The notes beneath the pieces were generated by a model that was given only the letters and a program-made list of their open reading frames with translations, made no database searches and had not been told where the DNA came from. Below, in pieces: positions 13,957 through 27,233 of a stretch of 51,464 nucleotides of DNA. Position numbers and translations under genes: made by a program. Numbering within the stretch: position 1 is the stretch's first letter; every line of letters begins with the position of its first letter. Source of the stretch: Atractiella rhizophila (taxonomy: Eukaryota); assembly GCA_021432655.1 (NCBI GenBank), contig MU271511.1, positions 1-51,464 on the forward strand. The letters run 5' to 3'.

Positions 13957-14817
13957 CTAAGAGACAATCTCTTTGCTCATGATTTCATACTCCGCTTCTT
14001 CCGCCCCATCAACGCGACTGGGAGATATTTCGTCTATGTCGTAACTATACCTCTGTCACGATCCATCTGTGAGTCATAATTTATTCTTACGAGCATCGAT
14101 TGTAGAACGCTAAAGCCTCGACGTTCGCTGCAAAGAGGATCAGCGCAATATCTGCGGTTTCGGAATAATAGAAATACAGACCTCTAAAGACGGTAAGCAT
14201 GACCTTCTTCATCCTCCATTGTTTTGCCAACCCTTCCATCAAATCAGCCAAAAGCCGCCCCGCTCCAAATCCTTGATATTCCTTGGAGACTTGTAACTCG
14301 TAGCTAACCAAAAATTCAGCAGGACTGTGTTTTAAAGAAAATTACGAGTACCAATAAAGTACCTCAACGTCCTCGTCTTCCATGGTCTCTTCCCAGTCAA
14401 AACGGAAGTTCACGAATCCCACAAGCTTCTCTTCCAAGGTTCGAAGAATAATAAACCTCGAATCGGGGTGCTCAAATTCCAGTTGCTTTGAAGGAATGTC
14501 AAGACCTGCTTTTGAACCTTCGTACAAGGAGCGCATATTTGCAAGAAAGAGGCGCAGAAGTTCCTCATTCTCCTCAGGTGACAGGCCAGTGTACGTGTGG
14601 AGCGATAAGAGGAGTCTATGGAGCACATAAGTGGACTCTCCAACCAAAAGTGGGCAAAGACACGCCTTTGATCGTTCTTCAGATGAAGAGAGTCCAACGG
14701 AATTGATTGGTTCAACTTATGGCGGATCTCCACTACAGATGCCTGCGAAGATGATTGGTACTATAGATGGCATCATTTATTGAAGAGTACCTTACTTGCA
14801 TTGTCAACCACGTTCAT
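13957..14817 (-). CDS. NAT4: GNAT N-alpha-acetyltransferase NatD (Naa40/Nat4-like)
   Basis: Exons NMRSLYEGS.., VGFVNFRFDWEE..EVLY, YELQVSKEYQGFGAGRLL..MKKVMLTVF, ANVEALAFY and DEISPS..EYEIMSK match the Naa40 pattern. Confidence 0.82.
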
Positions 14818-15113
14818 GATGGGTGGCTTTGTTAAATGAGATTTGAGGTTCAAGAACAGGTCGTTTGAGAGGTAAATAAAGTGCTCTAATGCGCAACTTG
14901 AAAGCTTGGATACTTGTGAAGGCTTACTAACTAGAAATCGTCTCCCTGCCTGATTTATTTCATTTCTGACGACTCAATTCTGTGTTCGATGTCCAAGGAA
15001 GGAAGTTGCCGACATTGCTTTAGTTTCAAACTTTGTATTGTTCAACCAAAAGGTGTTGCTTGCAGCTCAACTCGATTGGCCTCACTCTTCCGCCGTCAGA
15101 ACATATATTTGCC

Positions 15114-17361
15114 ATGGTAGCCGCGCCAACAGCCAATGGCATAAACGGGGTAAATGGAGATACAATAAAGGAGGTGCAGAAGGAGGAAGATAATCTTTGG
15201 GGTAGCATTCTCGACAGTGCAAGCAAAGGCAAGCGCGCAGTGCCAAATAAAAGGGTAGTAGTGCTTGGTTAGTCTGTCATTTTACAGGATTCCACAAATT
15301 TGGGACTCGAGGGATCCCATTAGCATGTGATGGATGTAAGACGGATAGCTGACCTCCTGAAATCGTGCAGGCGAGCAAAGAACTGGCAAAAGCACCCTCC
15401 TTTCGCATCTTTCTTTTCCTCCTTCTTCCTCTCAACCGAATGGAGCAAATCTAGTCGATCCTGGACCGTCAAAAGGCTTCGGCATCAACGGAGTAGAGCC
15501 TGGGAAGGCAGCACCTCTCGACCTGGGTCTGTCCTATGGCTACGTGGATGTTGGTGACGAAGGAGAAGAGGGTACGCGTTTTCTTATGAGTAAATCTCCT
15601 AATTCCGAGTGGTCACTTAGACACACTTGCACTCCTGTCCTTCTATTCGTTACCCTCTCCAAATCCACCATACACCTCACTCCTCCCTCTGGCGCTCCCT
15701 CCTACCTCAGTGTCTCTACTCGACTCCCTCATACTCATAGTTCTGGATTGGGAGCGACCATGGTCTTTCATAGACACTTTTCGGCGATGGATGGTAGCCG
15801 TGGAGGTGGTCTTGTCACGTATTCAAGGATGGGAGCAAGATGAAGGGCGAGAACGGCTGGAAAGGACATGGAGGGCTTATAGTGAGCCGGGTACTACGGC
15901 AGTAGGGACAGGAATGATTGCAGGCGAGATGGAGGACGCGCTGCCTCTCCCGAAAGGCACTTTGAGTAACAATCTTGGTGTGGACATCGTGGTGGTTTGT
16001 ACAAAGGTGCGTATATCCCTCTTTTCGGCGAGAATGTGCATTGATGAAACCGAAAGGCGGACCAAATCGATGTCCTAGAGAAAGAGAAAGATTTTAAGGA
16101 GGAGCAGTTTGATTACATCCAGCAAGCCCTCCGCACAGTGTGTCTCACCTACGGGGCGGGTCTCTTCTTCACTTCCCATTCCCGACCAGACTCTTTTTCT
16201 CGCCTTCGTTCATACATTCTTCACCGCCTATTTGCCTCTCACTCGTCCCATCACGCCACCCCATCTTCCTTGTCCACTGGCGCGAATGGAGCAGGACCGG
16301 CAGTCAATGGCTTGCCTGTCCCTCAAACCGTCACAGCAACAGCGGCCACCGCCTCACGCACGTTCCCATTTACTCATAAAGCGGATGTAGTGAACAGGGA
16401 TCAAGTGGTGGTGCCGAGCGGATGGGACAGCTGGGGAAAGATTAAGGTCATCAAAGAAGGGTTTGATGCTGACGCATTAGGAAAAGGTTGGGAGAGGGAT
16501 CTGGAAGCTGAACGACGGAAAGTTAAGGGAGAGAAAGATGACGATTGGGACGGCGAAACGAAAGCGAGCAGGATGTACGAAGAAGTCGTGCCAGATTTGG
16601 AGGCCGAAGATCAGGTGCGTCCCTGTTCCATTTGGCAGAGAAATGTTGGTGACGCATTCCATTCAGCCGAGACAATTTGGTTCGCGATCGGCTACCAGTG
16701 TGAAGGATGAGCAGGATTTCTTGAAAGATTATTACGAAACATTACAGAAGGACCGGGAGAAGGATCCCCGTGCTGCCTTCCAACAGCGAGGCGGCGCAGC
16801 TGCAAATCGCACCCCAAATCAAGAGCAAGAGCCGCGAATGGCAAGTGTTGTGGGACCCATGGCAAGCACAACAAGCCTCAATCTTACGAGTGTCGAGCGT
16901 GCTCTGGATCGGGTAAGTTTCTCGTGTGCCGTGCTCTATCGAGTGTATGTTGAGCATTCCATTAGGATGTGGAAGATGTCGGAGCTCGTGTTGCCCGAAT
17001 GGTGCGAAAAGATGGAAACTCTTCCATTGCGCCATCGCGCAACCTATCTTCCACTCTCTCTTCCTCATCTTACAACGCTCCTCCACCACTTTCCGCAACG
17101 ACGTCTCGACCGTCGTTGTCGTCCTCCTCACTTCTATCGCCCACGACTCCGAACGGTCAAGGCCCACAAACCGAAGTCATTGCCAACTTTTTCCAAGATC
17201 TTCTCAAACGAAAGTTGCCAGAACAAGGTGCCGGTCGCGGGATATCTGGTCTGAGTTCTTCTTTATCTGCAGGAATGGAACGTGGTGGAAGCCCGCAAAC
17301 GAATGGACGCGGACCTTCGTCGAGATCCCCCCCACCACCTCCAAACAACAGTGCGGCGTAA
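15114..17361 (+). CDS. Cytoplasmic dynein light intermediate chain
   Basis: LWGSILDS..KRVVVLG then GKSTLL; LIVLDWERPWSF; LPLPKGTLSNNLGVDIVVVCTK; YIQQALRTVCLTYGAGLFFTS; VVVPSGWDSWGKIKV; C-terminal EVIANFFQDLL helix. Confidence 0.93.
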
Positions 17362-17816
17362 ACTATTGCAGGTTTGTTTATATGTATCATCGTATTCTTT
17401 CGCTAATTTGTGTCTCAACTTCGTTACTTCGTCAATTGTCCATGGAGGTTTTGACTTGTGGCTTCTGTGCGGTCACTGTAGATTTTCTTCAGAACATTTG
17501 GTGGGCAGTGGACGCGATACCAAGTTCATGAAATTCATGATGGATTCACATTCATTTTTGCAAGTCTTAGCTTAATCCTGGGCAACTCATTTCAATCCAT
17601 AATCGATGCTGCCTTGGCGATTTCACCCTAGCCTGACCCTGAGATGATATCAGGGCTTGGTACTGCAACCTATTGGGGTAAAACACCGAAAACTACGAGC
17701 TCGCACTTCGCACCGTGCAATGACTTGCCCCTGGTAGTGACCTTCGCCGCATACATGAGGGAAATCGGCTGCTTTCCAACTCATGCCCCTATCTACACCA
17801 ACAAACCAAAGAAAGA

Positions 17817-19297
17817 TTAAAATTTCTTCGTCTGCTTACTCTTCTGCTTCTTCTGTCCCTCCATATATCCCTTGACAAGGATCAAACAAACGACGATTCC
17901 GACCAAAAGGAAAAGAATCTTGGCCATCCAACTAAGGAAGGTGAAGAATCCACTACCACTCTTCTCTCCACCTCCAGCGTTCTTGAATCGGTTCGGCATG
18001 TTGGGTGACGGAGAGGAAGGATCTTCGTGGTATACCACGTTGTGCGCAGAGACGGAAATGATGTCGTGATTGTCGCTAATCTGGCCGGTGTGAGCTGAGA
18101 AACCTGTTTACCATTGGAGGTTTGAATACCTCAGAAAACTGCAGCAAAAAGGTACTGACCTAGGTATGGCCCAGGGATCATCTCGTAGCCCCAGATGGTG
18201 AAGCAATGATCCCATTGGTCCCAGTTCTTGGCTTGAATATCAACCTAACAGACAAAGCACGATCAACTCAACCGCGACGACAGTAGGCGAGAATGGGAGA
18301 GACCGACTTGAAGAAATTTATTCTTGACATAAGTTATTCGTGCTTTCGCGGTGATTTCAGTCCTTCGAAACTCACTCTGTCCGGAACTGTTAAGCTAGGA
18401 AAGAAGTGGAGCACGAAAGACTGACCTGGCAAATGGCCGCCTTCTCCTCCTGGTTGAAACCGTCCCGACCTACGTTGTAGTTCTTTGTTCCGTCATTATG
18501 CATGCCCATGACGATGGGGAAGGTGTACTATGTTCCGTCACGGTTATAAGCCACTCTACGACGGGACAAAATGGGGAGAAGATTGGAAGGAAGCCGACAA
18601 ACATCATGCCGCGAGTTTGCATATGTGTCGAAGAACAGCCCTAGACCTGTCCACTTGTCTGTGCCACATAAACGCATTCAGCAAAGCAGAAACAAAAGGG
18701 AGGAGAGGATGGGAAGGAAAAAGAGGTACCTCGACTCCCAAATACCGGCCCAAATCCAGTTCGCTCCTTTGTGAGCCAAATAGCGAAGCCGTCTCCAAAC
18801 AGCGAGTTCCCCTTCCCGTCTACTCGAAACTCAACCTCAATCATGAAGTTCTGACCTGTCACTGGGAGCCGTGACCATAGGTAACCTTGCTGGGAAGACT
18901 TTTCTTGTGTCAAGCGGATATGCTTGTTTGTGTTTACTATTGAAGAGCCTCCGAAGTCGAACTGGTTACCATTAAGCAAGTTAAGTGTAAACAGCAAGTG
19001 TAGAAAATGTGTAGAGGTCGCACCCAGCGGTTTTGGAGGTCTTGACGGCAGAAACTCAATACCCTATTCGTCTGTAGTATTAGAAACCCACGCACCAGAA
19101 TCAACATAAGGAGCATAAATGCTATGTGTCCTCAAAGCCATGGTCCTCTCGACCGTCCCCTTGAAGGGAGTCTTTGCTCGCTCCTCATCACTGAAATCGT
19201 CCCACGTGCGCTCTGTTGACTTTTTCTTCTTTGCCTCTGACGGTGACGGCGAGACGAGCAAGAGCAGCAGAAATAACGGGAGGGACAAGAGAATCAT
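17817..19297 (-). CDS. L-type (legume-like) lectin cargo receptor, VIP36/Emp46-47-like
   Basis: Signal peptide; LRTHSIYAPYVD; FDFGGSSIVNTNKHIRLT; FMIEVEFRVDG..LFGDGFAIWLT..GPVFG; GFSAHTGQISDNHDIISV; C-terminal TM helix and a tail ending KKF*. Confidence 0.9.
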
Positions 19298-19564
19298 CGT
19301 GTCAAGGTCGAAACTGCAAAGCGGCACGTGGAAGGTGGTTTCTTTTGTTTGGCTGAATCAGGAAGTTACCGCAGCAAAAGAATAATTAACAGACGGTCAC
19401 GTGCACAATACACGTTCAGGAAGGAGCGTGGCATTCGCGCAGACGACCACAACTGCCTCACCTCACTCACCTTGCACTACTCAGCGTCCTCTTGCCATAA
19501 AGCGCAAGTACACATCTCATAGCATACTTCTTGGATTTTTGCCCTTCTTGGATACCTGGGCATC

Positions 19565-21585
19565 ATGTCTATCAACGGACGATTTTGGATTGGAAGAAAG
19601 CTCGGTGCAGGGTCGTTTGGTATGTGAAACCCAATCGCTTAGAAGCGGTATATGGACTAGCGGCGTGCATAGGTGAGGTCTTCGATGGAATCGATTTGGT
19701 CACTGGCGAACCCATTGCCATCAAAAGGGAACCTCTCGGCTGCTCCTACCCCTCTTTGGAAGAGGAAGCGAAACTTATCAAAATGTTAGCCGGTGGCAGT
19801 CTTATACCTCTTGTTTTGTGAGTCCAACGTTCCGTTATGTAATTCAGGGCGGTATTGAGGTGGTGCAAGGTGGTTTGGGGTACATGGTGGACATCGTTGT
19901 ATGGTCATGAACTTGCTGGGTCCAAATCTTTGGTTGGTTCCGTAGCTATCATTCTGGATCGATTTCTCAATAAGGGTGACAAGGGAGGTCCTACAGCGGA
20001 ACGGTGGAAAGTTCAGCATCAAGACGGTCTGCAACATCGCAATTCGTCTGGTCTACCCTCCTTTCCCTTAATCACCTCTCCACAGTTCTGATCGACGCAA
20101 CAGATATGCCGAGTTGAATATATGCACAACAAACATCTCGTCCACCGCGACCTGAAACCGGAGAATATCATGGTCGGGCTCTCACGAGGGTCCGTCCTTC
20201 GTCCTCCTCGTTCCGTTTCATTTTGCAGCGGACCTAACGAAGGGGTGTATTGTACATAGGTATGAGATATACGTCTGCGACCTTGGTCTCGCACGTATTT
20301 ATAAGCACGCCGATGGAAAGCACAAGCAGGATACGCATAAGAAGGTTGGGCTTTGTGGTACGGCTAGATATGCTTCCCTAAATGCGCATGCTGAACGAGG
20401 TCCGCATCTCATTTCTCCATTATATTAATACACATTGCTGAAGATTTTACTCGCTTTTGAATAGCTCAAACGCGCCGAGATGACCTCGAGAGCTTAGGAT
20501 ATATGTTTGTCGAATTCCTTCTTGGTCGGCTGCCTTGGGGAGGTTTGGGTGGGAATGGGACGGACGAGAAGTGGGCTCGAATCTACAAGTGCAAACAGGA
20601 GACGTCCCTGGATACATTGTGCTCTGCACTACCTCCTCAGTTCCAACAATTTATCCAATACTGCCGCAACCTAGGTTTCAAGGATCGGCCAGACTATGCC
20701 TTCTGCAGGGGGCTCTTCGAGACTGTGCTTGCAGAGAGGGGCATGAAGGTTGACCGTGAATATGACTGGTTAGTCAAGGGAAGCAAGGCACGAAGTTTCG
20801 TCGTCAACTCTCCCAGAAGAGTGCCTGGGGTTGCCATAGCCCTGGACAGAAAGTACGTCCACCCTTGTGCCTTCTTACTATAATCGCATGCTCAAACAAA
20901 CTTTTATAGGCCACCTCCATTCCCTGTCAGTAAACCTGTCGTCAATGTTCACCAACCACAGCAGAAACCGGTTCTCGTACCCGACGCTCCAGCGCTCCCT
21001 CCGCCAGCCTCTCCCCCACCACAAATTGTTCCTATCCTCGACAACGAAAACGAAGACCAGGCACAGCAGGCTAAAGGTCGCGGTGGACGGAAGAACGGGG
21101 GTGTCGGGGGAAAGAAGGCTGCGGCAAAGAAAAAGCCTCTGCAGGAACAACAGCAGGCCAAGGTCGTCGAGCTCGATTCATCCGACGTTGAAGAAGTTCC
21201 TCCACCAAAGCCTGTCGATCATCCTCGACCTCCTCGCGTACGACCTCCAATGCATAAACTGCCCGTTCCGCTCGATTCTGATATCGCGGTGCTCGAATCT
21301 CCTCCGCCTCCTGAACATTCAGCTCCATTGGAGTTCCAACAAGATGAGACTCCGTCTCCGATACCGAAAGGAAAACGGGGGAGGAAGAAAAAAGTAGTCG
21401 AGAGTGACGGCGAGTGGGTCGATGAGGTTGAGAAAAAGAAGAAGACGAGGGCGAGAAAGATGCCTGTTATTGAGCTTCCACAACAGGAACCGTGAGTGTT
21501 AAAGACACCGCTGTCTGGATAATACTGATTGTGCGATAGGCTGCGCATGAGATTACGGAGCGGGAAAGCTGTGGGAGCTTGTTAG
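19565..21585 (+). CDS. Casein kinase 1 family kinase (divergent) with Pro/Glu/Lys-rich tail
   Basis: IGRKLGAGSFGEV, IAIKRE, WFG..MVMNLLGPNL, HRDLKPEN, VCDLGLAR, GTARYASLNAH, QTRRDDLESLGY, LPW and YCRNLGFKDRPDY. Multi-exon. Confidence 0.9.
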
Positions 21586-21959
21586 ATGGACTGTCTCTTG
21601 TATATTTGATTTGTCAACACATTTTTCTTTCCACACTTCTTGAATCATCTTGCCTTTTTATCATGCGCAGTTCTCAATGTTCCCTCCATGCATCCTACAC
21701 CTTGAAATGTCATGTCATAACTTACTACAAGAAACACCTACCAAGGTTTCTCTTCCTGGGAACAGACTGAATTCTCTTCCTCTTCACTATCGTTGCATCA
21801 TCATCATGACAGTGGAAACAGCAATTGTCATTATGGACATCATTCCTGGATCCTCCAATCGGTCGGTTGGATTTCATGTAGAATAGGTTTCATGTTAGAT
21901 TTCATTGTCTACCTTTTGTGAATCGCTTTCAAGGTTGTTCGAATCGCTGCAACCTCATT

Positions 21960-22790
21960 TTATTTCGATTCGCAGTCCTCCAAGTTGTTGTCAATATGAA
22001 CTAATATTACTATGAATTTTCCTTCGTGTTTCTGTCCTCCTCTTACTGTTGCAATAGAGTTGCCCTGCTTTGAAAAAGGATACCAATCTATATAAACTAT
22101 TAAATTATCGCACGGATAGAGATAGATTGTTGTATCCACAAAGAAGCCACGAATGTCAATGATCACTCCTCAATAAGACGAGTATTAGAAAAATGCACCA
22201 CCATTGGACATAGAGATAGCATCCCACAGAATCCCCTTGTTGATAATCGCTCGGATCACACCGATAATTCGAGGAGAGTCTTCGGTGAGTCCAACTTGAT
22301 CGGCTATCTTTTGCTTGTTGAAAGAATAGCCTTGGACATATCCTATAACAAATAATGTGATCCAAAGAGGAAGAGCTTACTGAACGTTGTTATTAGCTGT
22401 GTTGATAACTGTTACTACGTAGGTGGTGTGACCCCTGTGGCCGGACTGAGTCAAGCAAACAGGTTTCCGAGTAGTAAGAGGCTCAAAGTGAGACTGGATG
22501 GTTTCGTTGTCTGTCTTCGCCATCATTGGCGTTGGCACCTTCAACTCCATCGATTTGACATTTTTTTGTATCAAACTCACAAGAACTCGCATTCTAGTGG
22601 TCTATCCGCTCCTAATTGTGAGGAGCTTTGTCTCTCCCATCGAAATACCTCCGCTAGCTGATATCAGTGTAATTGGGGCAGTTCTAGGCGTCCTCATCGT
22701 CCTCATCTCTCTTCTCGATCCCCTGGCTCACCCAGGCCTTTTGTCACGTCTGAGAGAGTTTTCAAGATGTTGGAACTTCCCAGTGTGAGC
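21960..22790 (-). mobile_element. Possible degenerate retroelement (gag/aspartyl-protease-like) relic
   Basis: Stop- and frameshift-broken minus-strand fragments: KPVCLTQSGHRGHTTY (zinc-knuckle-like), SPRIIGVIRAIINKG..DAIS and GVIIDIRGFFVDTTIYLYP..DWYPF..GNSIATV..KFIV (retropepsin-like spacing). No LTR recognised. Confidence 0.3.
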
Positions 22791-23357
22791 CTTAGGCCAT
22801 GATGAGTCCTCGGCGCCAGGAAGTAGAGGTGCGTCTCTCTTTCTCAGAGTTTGTTCCTTCTTCAAGTTCTTCGATCAAGGGGGAACATTTTGTGCATCTT
22901 CAACCGGAGGCACATACTGAATAGTATTTGACTTGCCTTGCCCTCCCCGTAACATCCTGTTGCTTTCCCTGGGGTTTATTATCTGTAGAACTTCGCAGAA
23001 CCCACGAGGCATGCACGAGCCCTGTATTCCAACACACTTATGAAAGGAACTTTCATGGTTAACCTGAAAATTTTTCACCTACGTGGTTTGGCACTGCCAC
23101 ATGGAGAATTCCAGAGCAACTCCCATCTTTCCCACCTTTTTAATTGAATCGTGACAGATTCTACAGCGATGTTCCCTCCTGCCTTTTCCATGTGGCTACC
23201 CGCTGGAAATCTCAGAATTTAATACTCAGCACAAGGTCTCTTAAAGTGTTTCCGTTACGGAAGAAAATGCAGCCTCGTTTTTCATTCAAAAATTGTCCAA
23301 ATTCTATCCTGTGTAAGACTGTGATGATCTATTCTGCATTGAATGATACGTTGGCAA

Positions 23358-24513
23358 TTAATGGGTAGCGTTGCCTTTCTTCAGATTTTCGAGAAATTCT
23401 ATAAAAAGCTGGTCCCTCAGAGCCAGCGTCTTCTTGACTGGCTCCATTTCTAGCATTTTTCGGTGCCACTCCCTGACCTTCGGTAAATCTTTGGAAGGAG
23501 TGAAAGTGAGCCCTGGAACGCCAATAAAACCTCCTAGCGTCTTTGGGACGGAGATTTCAGCTCCTTCGCTCAAACTGAAACCTCGTTGGAAAGCAACGTA
23601 CCACAAGATTCCAAGTAACAAACGCTAAGTCCGCAATAGTGCATCGGTGTCCCCCGATCCATTCTTGCTTCGATAATATGTCCTCGATGACACTCAGAAC
23701 TCGATTAGCTTCCGCTTCATACCTCTCTATCGCAGAGGGCAATTTCTCGTGGTGATGCCTAGCGAACCAGACGTATTGTCCAAAGCTACCATCACAAAGT
23801 TGCATTAACTGCCGTATTGGCGCGCTTGAGATGAGCTCACTAAGGTCCTTGTCCGCTAGCTGTAATCGTTTTTTAATGAGCATGCTCTCCTTTCTGCAAG
23901 TGATGGATATCACCTTGAAAGAAGAGATATTGGAGTTCGACTGCTTTTTCCTCTGGTGTAGCAGCCGAAATTCTCCTCTCCTTGTCGTATCTAGAATAGC
24001 TCAGCTGATTAATGCTGCCAAGATATCATAAATAAATATCTACCTGTCCACGAGATAAAGCAATATGGCGTTTGATTCCCACAGAACAAAGTCGTCATTT
24101 CTGTGGTCAACAATGGCTCTGCGCAGAGTTCGAGTCGGGTTACTCTGTCGGAGGAGAACACAGAACATTACGCACGGGAGTCTACCGTTTGGGTTGACCT
24201 GTAAGCAATGTCAACTCAGTTCCATATGTCTGCAGATGAAAAGTGACCCTAGTGTATTCTGGCGCTTTATGTTCGCCTTTCCGAGTTTCATAAGCAGAGC
24301 AGCAACAGAACATAGGCTTCGACTTCATTACCTTTCGTGTAAGTGTCCAACATGATGCGTTCGTACTTGATACCCAGGCTCTCAAGCACAACAGCTACCT
24401 TCCATGGCTGCCAACATATATTTTGTCAACTCCAATGCGACAAGGGATACAATCTTAATACGAACATTGGGCCCAGCGGCATTAGCATAGAGAGTGATAT
24501 CGGGATTCGACAT
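23358..24513 (-). CDS. Glutathione S-transferase (Ure2/GstA-like)
   Basis: Exon 1 MSNPDITLYANAAGPN; then PWKVAVVLESLGIKYE, PNGRLP, AIVDHRNDDFVLWESNAI, PSAIERYEAEANRVLSVIE..WIGGHRCTIADLAFVTWN and LPKVREWHRKM. Confidence 0.9.
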
Positions 24514-25240
24514 TTGGCCTATATTGTTTCGTGAGCTAATTTACTACCTCAAGATGGAGCACATATTGGGCTCGTTCGAGGCTCTTTATAGTGTTCCACT
24601 GTACATGGCTCCAAGGCGTACTTTCAGATACTCCCTTTCACTGAATGTACACTCTCGAAGTCCTCAGATCCTCTCACTGTCCTCAAGTCCTTTCGTCAGT
24701 CTCTCGGTCCCCATACCATACTCGCTCCCGCGTGTCATAGCTCTTGCAGGCTTTCGTTCGTTTTCGTTGCAGTTGAAGGAACTTAGCATCATGAGTGGCC
24801 CCGACTCGCTGCCCATAAACCAGCAAAGGGGCCGTCCTGAACTCAAGTGTCTTGTAAATAACACTGTCATACGAACACGAACAAAGCAACAGCAAGAGGA
24901 GCTTGCTGACGTGAGAAAGGGCCATCTCGGGCCAGCTGCACTCAGTCCGCCAAACTATGATTTCTCTGTGCCCTTTCTGGTCGAGTTCGTGGCCGCCGAC
25001 TGAATGTGAGCGAAGTGAATTAGCATGCCTCCCAGTGCACGCCGGTGGATCAGCTGTGGACTGTGCTGAGCGCGTAAAGCCTTTCTCAGGGGACCTAAGT
25101 TGAAGGTATCACCATTCTATCAACAATCTTCTTTCAATTTGGCTTCGATGTGAACTACATGCGAATATATGGAAATCGAATCTGTGTATTTTGACGTGTC
25201 TACCCGGCACCGTGAACAAGTATTCGAACAAGTCTCAAAC

Positions 25241-27233
25241 TCAACTCTCCAACTGCACTGACTGTTGGTTGTTGTCTTCGTCCTTCGGCAGCGGGCGAGG
25301 AGTAGGAGCAACAGCCCAGACACAAACCATAAGTACAAAAATAATGACCATCATAGGCTGGAGGACATTAACAGCTTCTCGGACAGGATAGGGATTAGTG
25401 TGAGACCTCCACAATCTGAAATGACTTACAAAAGCGTTGTGCCAGCGCACCAGTCAGGAAAGGAAAGAGGGCGCCGCCTAAATTCATTGCTCAATGTACG
25501 GTAGAAGATCGTGGGGGAGAGACCTGCCAGTTTTTCCTAGTGCAGCCATGAACGTCACCGTTCCGGTATGTAAAGCTCGAGGCAGTCTATTCAAAGCCAG
25601 ATTTGTGGCATTAGGGTAGAGTGGTCCCTGTGTCGTTTCTCAGTTATGCAACAACAATGATGGTTGAACAAACCATCGCGAGCCCAACGAAAGCAACCGC
25701 AACAGCGTTCCCCTCTAGATTGGGAACGAACCAAATGATGAATTCAAGAGCGAGAGAGAGGGCGAGATAATAAAACACCCCTTTTCTCCCACCGAGCCAC
25801 ACACTGAGCACCGAGGAGAATAGGCTTCCCAACATCATCCCTTTCGATAAAATGGATGTCTTAGATGGATTGATGCTGAAAAGATGGAACGCTTACCTCC
25901 CCAGAAACCTGTGCCCACATATCCAGCCCTATCATGTTGTCAGAACTCGTTGATCTCCATATCAGATAGTTAGGAATAACTCTTACGAGGATGTTCCTCC
26001 CCGCTCTTTGATGAGGAAGGAAGCAATCCATCCTGTCCATCGATATATGTTAAAATCGAAAACGTTCGGTGACAGGGAGCGGGACCCGACCTGAGATAGA
26101 CACTTCTGCACCAACAGACAAGAAAACAAACAGCGCCAAGATCCACGCATCTTTGCTTTGGAGAATTTTCTTCAATTTTTGTGCATGGTGATCCTCCGCG
26201 CCAGCTTCCCTCGAATGCTCGCCATGGTCCCTCGCAGAGTTCTCCACCTTCAGGCTTGTCATAAGATGCTTATCAGACTAGCCTTCCTTAACGCAGTGTG
26301 GAAGCTTACCCAAAGCTGATGCCAAATAAAATGGCGTTTGCGGCACACACACAAGCTTCGACGATGTAAAAGAAACTCCATTTCGCTCCATTTTCAATGA
26401 GAAGCGTGGCGACGAAAGGCCCTACAAGTCCACCTAGGCCGTAGAATGCCTCGATCATGGCAATCTTCCACGCGGAATTAGGGCGAGAACCAGCATAAGC
26501 AACAGCTGAACTGTTCGAAATGCAGGCTCCGTAGCCGGTGAAGAAATTCAGGATGAGGAGCAGTGGGAAGTTGAAAGCAGGTGAAAGCAAGGCGTATCCC
26601 TGCGGCGCTCTGTTAGCGAAAGCATATATTGCGACAATAAGAACGACGTACGATAGCTTGTAGTCCCATTGCGCTAACGAGGATGATTCCCCTCCCCAAC
26701 GTGTCGACTAGGTAGTTGTTGGTAAAGGTGGCAACAATGTAACCTACCATCTGTACGACAAAGATCAACGATACCGGGGTATAGGAGACGCCGAAAGCAG
26801 ATTGCATGCTGAAGGATGATGTGAGGAGAGCAAGATGGAGAAGCAATAGAACGCACTATGGAATGAGGGCTCCCGCACTTCCGTCTGCCAGACCGCCAAC
26901 TTGGCATTATCGCATTAGTCTTTCCTGGGGCAGATTAGTTTAAAACATTCAGTACTGTTTAAGCGTTGAATTAGAATCTACCATGCTGGAAGAGGCAGAC
27001 CTCACCTCACCAAAAAGAGCAATAAAACAGCTCCATTCCTTCCACGTAAACAAAAACTTCCTGGACGCATCTTTCCAGGCTTGCTTCACATTTGACCCCT
27101 TGGTATTCCGGTTGATTCGAGCTTGTTCATGGAGACCTCGGGTCCATTCATCTCCAGAAGTGATTTCCGCTTCGATACTCCTGGATCCTTTTGGTGACAT
27201 AGACAGCTCGAGATCGTCCTTCCGTATATCCAT
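25241..27233 (-). CDS. Major facilitator superfamily transporter (Bsc6/FucP-like), multi-exon
   Basis: Hydrophobic exons FGVSYTPVSLIFVVQMVGY, AFYGLGGLVGPFVAT, ALFVFLSVGAEVSISG, GYVGTGFWGG, AVAVAFVGLAM-GPLYP and VLQPMMVIIF. The exact 3' end is uncertain. Confidence 0.85.

Noticed and set aside
23557..23621. Apparent frameshift in the GST gene (overlapping ORFs in different frames)
   Set aside because: Explained by a canonical intron GTACGT..GCTGAA..AAG after TWNLV.
24494..25003. 169-aa plus-strand ORF between GST and MFS
   Set aside because: Non-ATG start overlapping the GST start and promoter, with no domain or splice support.
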